Assembly (NCBI GenBank): GCA_963422265.1
Contig: OY729416.1
Span: 320,001 to 384,000 of the forward strand
Source of the DNA: Thermodesulfobacteriota bacterium
GTDB taxonomy: Bacteria; Desulfobacterota_D; UBA1144; Nemesobacterales; UBA2774
Length of the DNA: 64,000 bases
Direction of reading: 5' to 3'
Each line of letters begins with the position of its first letter. The stretch's first letter is position 1. A program made the translations under genes and the position numbers. Under the pieces are notes generated by a model. The model saw only the letters and a list, made by a program, of their open reading frames with translations, did not search any database and had not been told where the DNA came from. This document shows positions 9,893-18,907 of the stretch, piece by piece.

Positions 9893-10315
9893 ATGGCGTC
9901 AAGAAAACTTCTTACTAAAAAGATGGAATTCTCGGCTTCGCACAGCTACTGGCGTCCTGAATGGAACGAGGAGAGAAATAAAGATATGTTTGGCAAGTTC
10001 GCGAGTCCCCATGGACACGGACACAACTACAGCCTTGAAGTTACAGTAGAGGGGGAGATTGATACGGAGACAGGCATGATAGTTAACCTGTATGACCTAA
10101 AAACATTAATGAAAGAGGTGTTAATTGACTTTGACCATAAGCACTTGAATAAGGATAATCCGAGATTCGAGAAACTAATTCCTACTACTGAAAACGTGGC
10201 TAAGGTGCTGTGGGAGATTTTTCAGGAAAAACTTTCCGACAATGGACAGTGTAGTCTTTACAGGATAAGGCTTTACGAGACACCGGACCTATACGTTGAT
10301 TACTGGAGGAGCTAA
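9893..10315 (+). CDS. 6-pyruvoyl-/6-carboxy-tetrahydropterin synthase family protein (T-fold), copy 1, lacking the active-site Cys
   Basis: FSASH, HGHGHNY, DHKHLN, PTTEN and LYET motifs. KFASPHGHGH occupies the position where copy 2 has CSNPNGHGH. Confidence 0.85.
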   Translation: MASRKLLTKKMEFSASHSYWRPEWNEERNKDMFGKFASPHGHGHNYSLEVTVEGEIDTETGMIVNLYDLKTLMKEVLIDFDHKHLNKDNPRFEKLIPTTENVAKVLWEIFQEKLSDNGQCSLYRIRLYETPDLYVDYWRS

Positions 10316-10317
10316 CC

Positions 10318-10749
10318 TTGAGGGAAGTCATTTGCGTTACGAAGAGGTACCGTTTTTCAGCCGCGCATAGGCTATACGTTAAGGGGTTTTCTGATGAAGA
10401 GAACGCAAGGATTTTTGACGCTTGCTCTAATCCAAACGGGCACGGGCACGATTACTACCTAGAGTGTAGAATATCGGGAGATATAAACCCGGAGACGGGT
10501 ATGCTAATGAATCCTGAGGAGCTTGACCGTATAGTAGATCCGGTGATCGGGGAACTCGACAACAAACGACTTGATGTGGAGGTGGCATATTTTAGGGAGT
10601 ATCAGCCAACGGGCGAGAACATTTTAAGATATTTATGGGAGCGGTTGCGCGGGCAGCTTGGAGATAGGCAGATTCATTTGAGGCTTAGTGAGACGTCTAG
10701 TAGTTATTTTGAATATTTTGAGGAGAGTAATTATCCCTATGAGTGTTAA
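10318..10749 (+). CDS. 6-pyruvoyl-/6-carboxy-tetrahydropterin synthase family protein, copy 2
   Basis: FSAAH, CSNPNGHGHDY, PTGEN and LSET motifs; TTG start with GGAGG RBS. Confidence 0.85.
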   Translation: MREVICVTKRYRFSAAHRLYVKGFSDEENARIFDACSNPNGHGHDYYLECRISGDINPETGMLMNPEELDRIVDPVIGELDNKRLDVEVAYFREYQPTGENILRYLWERLRGQLGDRQIHLRLSETSSSYFEYFEESNYPYEC

Positions 10750-11302
10750 GAAAGCCATCAGGCAAATTCTAGTTGATATAGGTGAAGATCCAAACAGGGA
10801 AGGGCTAAAGGACACGCCGGATAGGATGTCTAGGATGTTCAAAGAACTCACGTGGGGCTACGACGCTTCCCCCCAAGACATTATAAATGAGGCTTTGTTC
10901 AACATAGATTTTGACGAGATGGTTGTGGTTAAAGACATAGAATTCTATAGCCTTTGCGAACACCACATGCTTCCTTTTTTCGGGACGTGCAACGTGGCTT
11001 ATATTCCTAACGGAAAGATAATTGGGCTTAGTAAAATCCCGCGAATCGTAGAAGTCTTTTCAAGAAGGCTTCAGGTTCAGGAAAGGATGACAACGCAGAT
11101 CGCCGACTTTATAGATAACGCTCTTGATCCCATTGGGGTCGCCGTAGTAGCCGAAGCCCGGCACCTGTGCATGGCTATGAGGGGAATAATGAAAGCTGAC
11201 GCGAGTATGCTGACAAGCTCAATGAGGGGGGCTTTTAAGACCGATAAGAAAACCAGAGGTGAGTTCCTTAGTTTTCTAGGTAAGCGTTACCATAATACTT
11301 AA
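10739..11302 (+). CDS. folE: GTP cyclohydrolase I
   Basis: SLCEHHMLPF, GLSKIPR, RRLQVQER and HLCMAMRG motifs. The ATG at 10739 follows AGGAG. Confidence 0.95.
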   Translation: MSVKKAIRQILVDIGEDPNREGLKDTPDRMSRMFKELTWGYDASPQDIINEALFNIDFDEMVVVKDIEFYSLCEHHMLPFFGTCNVAYIPNGKIIGLSKIPRIVEVFSRRLQVQERMTTQIADFIDNALDPIGVAVVAEARHLCMAMRGIMKADASMLTSSMRGAFKTDKKTRGEFLSFLGKRYHNT

Positions 11303-11481
11303 ATCTTTGTTGTTTTCTATACAGGTTATATTTTTCAGCTCAGCCACCCTGAACTTATGTTATCTGCGTCCATCTTTGTCTTTAGGCATCGCCCATAGGC
11401 TTTCTACTATAGAAATAGCTTGTAGATAGTATATAATTCACGTGTTGAATTTATAGTTGGAACCGAAAGAGGAATGGTTCT

Positions 11482-12804
11482 ATGTTGCAAGTAGTCGTCG
11501 TCGGGTTAAGTTACAGGACGGCGCCAGTAGAATTGAGAGAGCGTTTTAGCGTTGCTCAGGACGAGCTTGAATCAAAGCTTGTCAACCTGAGCGATGAGGG
11601 CAAAGTTGAAGAGTGCTTGATACTTTCTACCTGCAACAGGATAGAGGTGTACGCAGTATCCAAGGACGTATATTCCTCCGTTGAAGAAATTAACGGTTTT
11701 CTCGCAGAATCCGCTGGGGTTCCTACGAAGAGCTTGTCTCAGTGCGTGTATGTGTCGGTCGGAGGTATGGCTGTGAAGCATTTATATAGGGTCGCATCCG
11801 GTATAGATTCCATGGTCATTGGGGAACCACAAATATTGGGGCAGGTAAAGCAAGCCTATAAAACCTCTGTCCTGAGGGGGACTGCGGGGCTTATTCTTAA
11901 CAGGCTCTGCCATTCTGCGTTCTTCGTGGCAAAAAAAGTGCGTTCCGAGACTGGTATAGGTTCAAGGGCAGTTTCAGTGAGTTATGTTGCGGTAGAACTG
12001 GCGAAGAGAATCTTTGACGACTTGTCTAAAAGAGCCGTTATGCTTATAGGTTCGGGTGACATGGCTGAACTTGCGGCGAAAAATCTTCTTAGATCGGGTG
12101 TGGGCGAGTTGTTGATAGCGAGTAGAAATTTTGATCACTCGTCTTCGCTGTCTCGTAAGCTCAACGGCAAGCCAATTAAGTATGACGAGCGTCTTTATTT
12201 CTTAAAGGATGTAGATATAGTGATCACGGCTACGGGCTCTCCAGATTTCATTATCAAGCCCAGTCACGTTCGGCAGGCGCTCAAGTTAAGAAGAAACGAG
12301 CCTATATTTATGATAGATATAGCCGTCCCTCGGAATATAGATCCCAGGGTAGAGGAGCTTTCTGATATCTATTTATACGATATAGATGACTTAAAAAACG
12401 TTCTGGATAAGAACGTAAAGACAAGGCGTGCAGACGCTGAGAAGGCTGAGGAGATCGTGTCTGACGCGGAAAAAGCCTTTGGAGCGTGGATCAATAGTCT
12501 CAAGGTCGTCCCAACTATTATAGATCTTAAAAATAGATTTGAGTCTATCAAAAAAACTGAGGTTGAACGGACGCTTGTAAAACTAGGCAGTTTTACCGAT
12601 AGGGATAAAGATGCCGTTAATCTCATGGCTTCCAGAATCATAGATAAAATCCTACATAACCCTCTGACCAATCTGAAAAAAGAGGCTTCTACCTCTTTAG
12701 GAGCCTTATACGTAGATTCAGTGAAAAGGCTATTTGAGCTTGAGAGCAAAATTCTCGTGGTTGAGGAAGAGGAAGATGAATTGGCCATTCAGAATTGGAA
12801 CTAG
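11482..12804 (+). CDS. hemA: Glutamyl-tRNA reductase
   Basis: LSTCNRIE, GIDSMVIGEPQILGQVK and DIAVPRNID motifs. Confidence 0.96.
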   Translation: MLQVVVVGLSYRTAPVELRERFSVAQDELESKLVNLSDEGKVEECLILSTCNRIEVYAVSKDVYSSVEEINGFLAESAGVPTKSLSQCVYVSVGGMAVKHLYRVASGIDSMVIGEPQILGQVKQAYKTSVLRGTAGLILNRLCHSAFFVAKKVRSETGIGSRAVSVSYVAVELAKRIFDDLSKRAVMLIGSGDMAELAAKNLLRSGVGELLIASRNFDHSSSLSRKLNGKPIKYDERLYFLKDVDIVITATGSPDFIIKPSHVRQALKLRRNEPIFMIDIAVPRNIDPRVEELSDIYLYDIDDLKNVLDKNVKTRRADAEKAEEIVSDAEKAFGAWINSLKVVPTIIDLKNRFESIKKTEVERTLVKLGSFTDRDKDAVNLMASRIIDKILHNPLTNLKKEASTSLGALYVDSVKRLFELESKILVVEEEEDELAIQNWN

Positions 12805-13702
12805 AGGGAGCAGTCTAGCTTTATGGCAGGCTAGTTTCATAGAGCATTTACTATTAAAAGAATTTCCAAACCTTAAATCCGAAATAATAGCCATAAAAAC
12901 GACAGGCGATAAAATGAGCGCCTCTCCTCTTTCAAAGATTGGGGGGAAAGGCGTTTTTGTTAAAGAGATAGAAGAAGCTCTTATTTCTAAGAGTATAGAT
13001 ATAGCTGTTCATAGTATGAAGGACTTGCCTACTTTACTTCCGACGAACCTCGCGATCGGTGGTGTGGCTAAAAGGTATGAGCCAAGGGACGCGTTGATTT
13101 CAGCGAACGGGTTTAAGCTTGCCGAACTCCCTCAGGGGGCGAGGGTAGGTACGGGAAGTTTAAGGCGTGCCTCACAATTGATTTATAGCTTTCCCGGGCT
13201 CAGGATTGTTCCTATAAGGGGTAACGTGGATACCAGAATCAGAAGGTTGAAAGAATCTGGTGAGTTTGACGCGATAATTCTGGCGATGGCGGGTCTTGAA
13301 CGTATGGGGTTGAGTAGTGAGGCGAGCGAAGTAGTATCGGCAGATTTGCTTTTACCTGCACCTGGACAGGGGGCGATCGCCGTTGAATGCAGAAAAGGGG
13401 ATGAGCGGGTTTTTGAGATGCTTTTACGAATTAGCCACGAGGAGACTAGAATTGAGGTAGCGGCTGAGAGGGCTTTCCTTAGAGAGCTTTCGGCAGATTG
13501 CAACGTTCCAGTGGGAGCTTACGCTTCAATTGATAAGGATTCGTTAAGTATTACAGGGCTAGTTGCCTCTCCTGATGGTAAGGAGATTATTAGAAAAGAA
13601 AAAAGGGGTTCTAGGGAAGAAGCTGAGGCTCTCGGTCAGGGGTTAGCGGGGCTTATATTAAGTGACGGTGGAGATAAGATACTAGCGAAACTTAGATTGT
13701 AA
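12776..13702 (+). CDS. hemC: Porphobilinogen deaminase
   Basis: IGTRGSSLALWQA, GKGVFVKE, VHSMKDLP, GTGSLRR, RGNVDTR and the DCNVP cofactor Cys; probable start ATG 12776. Confidence 0.96.
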   Translation: MNWPFRIGTRGSSLALWQASFIEHLLLKEFPNLKSEIIAIKTTGDKMSASPLSKIGGKGVFVKEIEEALISKSIDIAVHSMKDLPTLLPTNLAIGGVAKRYEPRDALISANGFKLAELPQGARVGTGSLRRASQLIYSFPGLRIVPIRGNVDTRIRRLKESGEFDAIILAMAGLERMGLSSEASEVVSADLLLPAPGQGAIAVECRKGDERVFEMLLRISHEETRIEVAAERAFLRELSADCNVPVGAYASIDKDSLSITGLVASPDGKEIIRKEKRGSREEAEALGQGLAGLILSDGGDKILAKLRL

Positions 13703-13744
13703 TAGTCTCTCCATCTGTTATTATCTGTATAAGGGAGATGTTGG

Positions 13745-14596
13745 ATGTATTCTCAAAATCCTTCGGAGGTCTGTTTTTCTTTTCTGGACGTTGAGACGAC
13801 TGGACTCGATCCTTATTCGGGCGATAAAATCTGTGAAATAGCGATACTGAAAACGATAGATGAAAAGGTTATAGACGATTACGTTACGCTTGTTAATCCC
13901 GGGAAATCCATTTCTACAGGGGCGAGTGCAGTTAATGGTATAACTGATGATATGATTAGAGGAGCACCGTTCTTTAGAGATATTGCCGAGGACGTTGTAT
14001 CTTTTCTAAACAACACCGTGATTGTCGCTCATAATGCGAAGTTTGATATGCACTTTTTAAGTATGGAGCTAGGCGCACTTAGGCTTTCCTCGCCTGAATT
14101 TCACGTTATAGATACCCTGCGAATAGCAAGAAGATATTACAAGTTTTATAGTAATAGCCTCGGACAGATAGCACGGTGTATAGGGCTTCCCGCTCGTTAT
14201 GAACATCGTGCGCTTGCGGACGTGCAGACTACCAAGAAAGTTTTTGAATACTTTCTCATGGATTTAGGTAAAAGAAGAGGAATAAGGTTAAACAAGTTAA
14301 AAGACGTGCTAAAGTTACAAGGGGTGGACTTTGAGTCTCAAGAGGAACCAAACAGGCTAGCAATTCCCCCCGAGATAACGATTCCCTCTGAGATAGAGAA
14401 TGCTCTTAGGACTAAGGGTAAACTCCAAATCACGTATGTTTCGGCTTGTGAAGAAAAGACTACGAGAGTGATAGAACCCCTTGGTATAAGCGTGGATATG
14501 GAGAATGTTTGCCTACACGCCTTTTGTCCTCTGAGAAAGAAGAAACGCACTTTCAGGCTAGACAGAATATTGGAAATTAAGCCCTTAAGCGCATAG
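13745..14596 (+). CDS. DEDDh (DnaQ-like) 3'-5' exonuclease fused to a C-terminal WYL domain
   Basis: Exo I DVETTG, Exo II HNAKFD and Exo III HRALAD; C-terminal WYL pattern ITY..TTRVIEP..LHAFC..R...RTFRLDRI. Confidence 0.85.
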   Translation: MYSQNPSEVCFSFLDVETTGLDPYSGDKICEIAILKTIDEKVIDDYVTLVNPGKSISTGASAVNGITDDMIRGAPFFRDIAEDVVSFLNNTVIVAHNAKFDMHFLSMELGALRLSSPEFHVIDTLRIARRYYKFYSNSLGQIARCIGLPARYEHRALADVQTTKKVFEYFLMDLGKRRGIRLNKLKDVLKLQGVDFESQEEPNRLAIPPEITIPSEIENALRTKGKLQITYVSACEEKTTRVIEPLGISVDMENVCLHAFCPLRKKKRTFRLDRILEIKPLSA

Positions 14597-14647
14597 TGGC
14601 TTGAGATACTGCATCTATTCTGAGTATCGAGATAAATACGGAAAGAC

Positions 14648-14676
14648 TTGACAGTAATTATTATTTCTAATAATAT
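14648..14676 (+). promoter_or_regulatory. Sigma70-type promoter of tRNA-fMet
   Basis: TTGACA (14648), a 17-nt spacer, then TAATAT (14671), 17 nt upstream of the tRNA. Confidence 0.65.
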
Positions 14677-14693
14677 ATATTTTCCTATTCAGA

Positions 14694-14770
<77 letters not shown>

Positions 14771-14815
14771 ATACTATCAGTATTATTCCTCTTTTTGGAT
14801 TAAAGGAGGGTATGA

Positions 14816-16483
14816 TTGAACGCTGCTGTTTTAGCCGTCTTCGTAATTATTTTATATTTCCTAGGTTACCGCTACTATTCTAAGTTCATTGCTACAAAGG
14901 TTTTTCAACTTTCGGATGATGAGGTTACCCCAGCCCACAAAGTAAACGACGGGGTTGACTTTGTCCCTACTAATAAACACGTGCTATTCGGACACCATTT
15001 TGCGTCCATTGCTGGGGCAGCACCGATAATAGGTCCCGCAATCGCCGTATTCTGGGGGTGGCTTCCCGCCATAGTCTGGGTTGTTTTGGGCACCATTTTT
15101 ATGGGAGCGGTGCACGATTTCAGTACCCTCGTAATATCTGCAAGAAAAGGAGGAGGATCAATAGGAAGCCTTGCCGGAACTTTAGTAAACCACAGGGCTA
15201 GGACTCTCTTTTTACTAATCGTATATTTTCTGGTTTTTTTTGTTATAGCAGTATTCGCTTATGCAATAGCGTCTTTGTTTGTTAGCTTTCCCACCAGCGT
15301 TTTGCCTGTTAATTTCCAGATTTTAGTAGCTGTTATCATCGGTTTTTTATTTCATAAAAGAGGGATGCCTATTTTGTATCCGTCAATCTTTGCGCTGATA
15401 AGTCTCTACATTATGATATGGGTAGGCGCTAGACTACCTATTGAAATACCATCTTTAATGGGAAGTCAGGTTGTAACTTGGTTATTACTTCTTATGGTTT
15501 ACTCGTTTATAGCTTCGGTACTTCCCGTATGGACGTTGCTTCAGCCACGGGACTATATAAATGGTCATCAACTTTTTTTAGGCCTCGGACTTTTGCTTGT
15601 AGGTCTTCTGGTAGCGCAGCCCGAAATGCAGGCTCCTGCTTTTAATAGGAATGCTGAAGGGGGGATTCCTATTTTTCCATTCATATTCGTCACTATAGCG
15701 TGCGGGGCTATAAGTGGCTTCCACGGGCTTGTATCTAGTGGCACTACTTCAAAGCAGCTTAACCGTATTGGTGATTCAAGGATAATAGGTTACGGTGGGA
15801 TGTTAGGTGAGGGGACGCTTGCGATGATAGCGACGCTTGCCGTTGCGGCTGGCATCGCCAAAGGGGATTGGCTCAATCACTATAAAAGCTGGGAAATCGC
15901 CGCTAAAGGTGGCATCAGTAATTTTGTAGAAGGCGCGTCTACTTTCTTGCGCGCTCTAAGCTTGCCAGAGACTTTTTCTCAAACCCTAATGAGCGTTATA
16001 GTCATAAGCTTTGCTGCAACCTCGCTTGACACAGCGACCCGAATTCAAAGATTGATATTGGGAGAGCTTGGAACCGCATACAAGATAGAGCCCCTTAAAA
16101 ACCGCTACGTCGGTTCTCTGCTTGCGGTTGTTCCTGCTCTGATACTTGCTCTGATGGCTCAGGCTCCTGGCAAAGGGCTGGGGTCAGGTGGTTTTTTACT
16201 ATGGCCACTTTTTGGCGCTACTAACCAATTAGTGGCTGGGCTCTCCTTAATGGTAGTAACGATTTATCTCTGGAGATCTGGACGCTCAGTTCTCTATACT
16301 CTAATACCTATGGTTTTTCTAGTACTAGTGACTGTAGCTTCTATGGTTTGGAACTTTAAGGCTTTCTCAAATACCCCCCTTTTGCTAGTTCTATCCGCTA
16401 TTGTGCTCGCTCTTTCCCTCTGGATCGTGCTGGAAGCATTTTTGGTTTATAAAGAACAGAGAAACCAGTTTACAGACCCGTAA
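14816..16483 (+). CDS. cstA: Carbon starvation protein A family transporter
   Basis: FGHHFASIAGAAPIIGP, LLQPRDYIN, TIACGAISGFH and WPLFGATNQL motifs. Confidence 0.92.
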   Translation: MNAAVLAVFVIILYFLGYRYYSKFIATKVFQLSDDEVTPAHKVNDGVDFVPTNKHVLFGHHFASIAGAAPIIGPAIAVFWGWLPAIVWVVLGTIFMGAVHDFSTLVISARKGGGSIGSLAGTLVNHRARTLFLLIVYFLVFFVIAVFAYAIASLFVSFPTSVLPVNFQILVAVIIGFLFHKRGMPILYPSIFALISLYIMIWVGARLPIEIPSLMGSQVVTWLLLLMVYSFIASVLPVWTLLQPRDYINGHQLFLGLGLLLVGLLVAQPEMQAPAFNRNAEGGIPIFPFIFVTIACGAISGFHGLVSSGTTSKQLNRIGDSRIIGYGGMLGEGTLAMIATLAVAAGIAKGDWLNHYKSWEIAAKGGISNFVEGASTFLRALSLPETFSQTLMSVIVISFAATSLDTATRIQRLILGELGTAYKIEPLKNRYVGSLLAVVPALILALMAQAPGKGLGSGGFLLWPLFGATNQLVAGLSLMVVTIYLWRSGRSVLYTLIPMVFLVLVTVASMVWNFKAFSNTPLLLVLSAIVLALSLWIVLEAFLVYKEQRNQFTDP

Positions 16484-16607
16484 GAACAAAGCTAGGTTGA
16501 TTTGTCAGTAAGTCGTAGGTCTTTCCTTTCAGTGGCTACGAGCCTTACTTTAGCAGACTCAAGATACCAAGTTGACCCCAATGTGGAGTCTTGCTATCAT
16601 TTTCTAA

Positions 16608-17678
16608 ATGCGCACCGGATATGCCCAGCTTTCACTTCACGGGGGAAAAGCTCCCAAGTGGCTCTTTAACCGTATGATTAGACTCTCAAGAGAGATTGTT
16701 TGCCATATAGTGTCTGAATACGGTGCGAATGAAGTTCTCGTCCGTCTTTCAGATCCGCACTGGTTTCAGGCTTTGGGGTGCGTTTTAGGTTTTGACTGGC
16801 ATTCAAGCGGCGTCACTACGACCACGTGCGGAGCTATAAAGGAGGGCATAAAAGGACTTGAGGAAGAACTCGGTCTATTCGCGGCGGGTGGTAAGGGTAA
16901 AGCATCGCGCAGGACGCCCGATGAAATAGCCCAGGCCTCTGATAAGTTGTCCAGCAAGTCAGATAACCTTGTGTATGCAAGCAGTTTATCCGCTAAAGTT
17001 GATAGCTCAGCCGTTCAGGACGGTTATCAACTCTATCATCATAGCTTCTTTTTTTCGAGCAGTGGCGAGTGGTGCGTTGTTCAGCAGGGTTTTAACGATG
17101 CCGCTCGGTCGGCAAGAAGATACCATTGGCTCAGCAGTAGGCTGGACAGCTTCGTCAATGAGCCTCACGCTGCTATATGCAGCAATTATCGATCAAAGAC
17201 CCTTGACCTTGTATCCCAAGAGAGTTTGGAAACCAGAAAGGCAGTTACGGAGATTGCACGGCAGCCTGATAAGGGGGTGCTCAAGGACGTTGGGCATTTA
17301 CCAGAGCTTATAATGCCAAGCTATCACGGGATTAACTTAACTGACATTAACCCCAAGTATCTTAATAAGGTTTTGTTAAAGACTTACGAGAAAAAGCCAG
17401 AGAATTTTGAAGGGCTTCTTAGCATAAATGGGGTTGGACCCAAGACGCTTCGCGCGCTTACTCTTACATCAGAGCTTATATACGGTACGAAAGCAAGCGT
17501 TAATGACCCTGCAAGATTTTCATTCGCTCATGGTGGCAAGGACGGTACTCCTTTCCCCGTAAATAGGGAAACTTACGAGATTAGCATATCAGTGCTTCAC
17601 GATGCCCTTAGAAGAGCTAAAATAGGCAGAAGTGAAAGGCTTGGAGCAATAAGAAGGTTGTCCAAACTGCAAGTATGA
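16608..17678 (+). CDS. DUF763 family protein
   Basis: LHGGKAP.WL, DWHSSGVTT, QDGYQLYHH, HhH-like GVGPKT and FAHGGKDG motifs. Confidence 0.8.
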   Translation: MRTGYAQLSLHGGKAPKWLFNRMIRLSREIVCHIVSEYGANEVLVRLSDPHWFQALGCVLGFDWHSSGVTTTTCGAIKEGIKGLEEELGLFAAGGKGKASRRTPDEIAQASDKLSSKSDNLVYASSLSAKVDSSAVQDGYQLYHHSFFFSSSGEWCVVQQGFNDAARSARRYHWLSSRLDSFVNEPHAAICSNYRSKTLDLVSQESLETRKAVTEIARQPDKGVLKDVGHLPELIMPSYHGINLTDINPKYLNKVLLKTYEKKPENFEGLLSINGVGPKTLRALTLTSELIYGTKASVNDPARFSFAHGGKDGTPFPVNRETYEISISVLHDALRRAKIGRSERLGAIRRLSKLQV

Positions 17679-17879
17679 TCTTGTTTTTATTATATAAGAA
17701 GGAAAGCCGAACTTGAAAGAATACTCCCTAGCCTTCCTTCACAAAAAAAAGGGGGGGGAACATCTCATCAATCACTAAGTTTTTCAAAGTGGTTGGGGAG
17801 GGTGTTTATCCATCTCTTAAATGTCCTTCGAAGTGAGTTTAGCCTCTTCTATACTCGTCCCATAATATATAACGTTGGC

Positions 17880-18875
17880 TTACTCTAGTTTACTAAAAAC
17901 TTCGTTTATAGATGATGCGACGGAGTTGTGAAGAGTGCCGTTTGTTGCTAAGATCCCCGTATTGTTAAAGAGCGTCCTTCCTAAGGAAAAGTCCAAATCC
18001 TTGCCAAAAATGTCAGTTACCTTTCCCCCGGCTTCTTTAACTATTATACTACCTGCCGCATGATCCCAAATTTTCTCCTCGTAGTCTTTCTTTGTAGGCA
18101 GCCTGAGGTATATGGAAGCGTCCCCCCTTGCAATAACCGCGTATTTACATTGACTGTCAATTCTTATAAATTCTCTCTCAACTCCAAGCATTTTGGCAAT
18201 CCTTTCCGAGTCGCCGTGTGACGAGTGCTCTGATTCTACAGATTCACAAAAAAGGGCATCCTTTGCGTTGTTAGTAAAAGATACTCTGACCTTGGTCGCA
18301 TTACCTCCGTCAAGAAGTTCTAGTATAGAGCCTTGTCCTTTTACCGCGCTTATGACGCAGCCCCTTATGCTATTAGGATCGTGCACGTCCAGAGGTAGGC
18401 TAGGACATCCTAACACGCCTAAGACGACCTCTCCGTTTTCTATAAGGGCTAGTGCGACTGCATATTGGTCACCCCTCAAGAAACCTTTCGTTCCGTCTAT
18501 TGGGTCAAGCGTCCAGAACCTCCCCCCTGTCCCTCCGCAGTGGTTACCACTATCTATTAGTTCCAGCATCTCTTCCTCGTCGATATCCGGCGTCACTGCG
18601 TTTACGTGTCTCAGTATTTCCGCTCTTAGTATTTTAGCTTTTTCCGTTCTTAGCTCTGACGAGTCTTCTTCTCCTACGATAGGGTCTCTCGAGAAAGTCT
18701 TTTTAAGCTCGTGGCAAATCACGGCTTGCGCTCCAAAATCGGCAATCGTAACGGGGGAGTTATCCTTCTTTGTAATGATGTCTTGAGACTCCCTTTCCGA
18801 TTGAAAGTCAATACAAATGCGACATGCTTTAATTACGGCGCCAATTGCCACTCTCCGCTCTACGTTGTATAGCAT
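17880..18875 (-). CDS. 3'(2'),5'-bisphosphate nucleotidase, HAL2/SAL1-like (inositol monophosphatase superfamily)
   Basis: SPVTIADF, GEED, DPIDGTKGFLRG.QYAVALAL, DSQCKY and EKIWDHAAG motifs. Confidence 0.9.
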   Translation of the reverse strand: MLYNVERRVAIGAVIKACRICIDFQSERESQDIITKKDNSPVTIADFGAQAVICHELKKTFSRDPIVGEEDSSELRTEKAKILRAEILRHVNAVTPDIDEEEMLELIDSGNHCGGTGGRFWTLDPIDGTKGFLRGDQYAVALALIENGEVVLGVLGCPSLPLDVHDPNSIRGCVISAVKGQGSILELLDGGNATKVRVSFTNNAKDALFCESVESEHSSHGDSERIAKMLGVEREFIRIDSQCKYAVIARGDASIYLRLPTKKDYEEKIWDHAAGSIIVKEAGGKVTDIFGKDLDFSLGRTLFNNTGILATNGTLHNSVASSINEVFSKLE

Positions 18876-18907
18876 TTGATTCTCCTATGACTGTTAACTT
18901 ACGGCTC

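Noticed and set aside
17723-17760. A9-G8 homopolymer as a phase-variation switch
   Set aside because: It lies between convergent gene ends and is better explained as a degenerate hairpin or terminator similar to those at 3314 and 23743.
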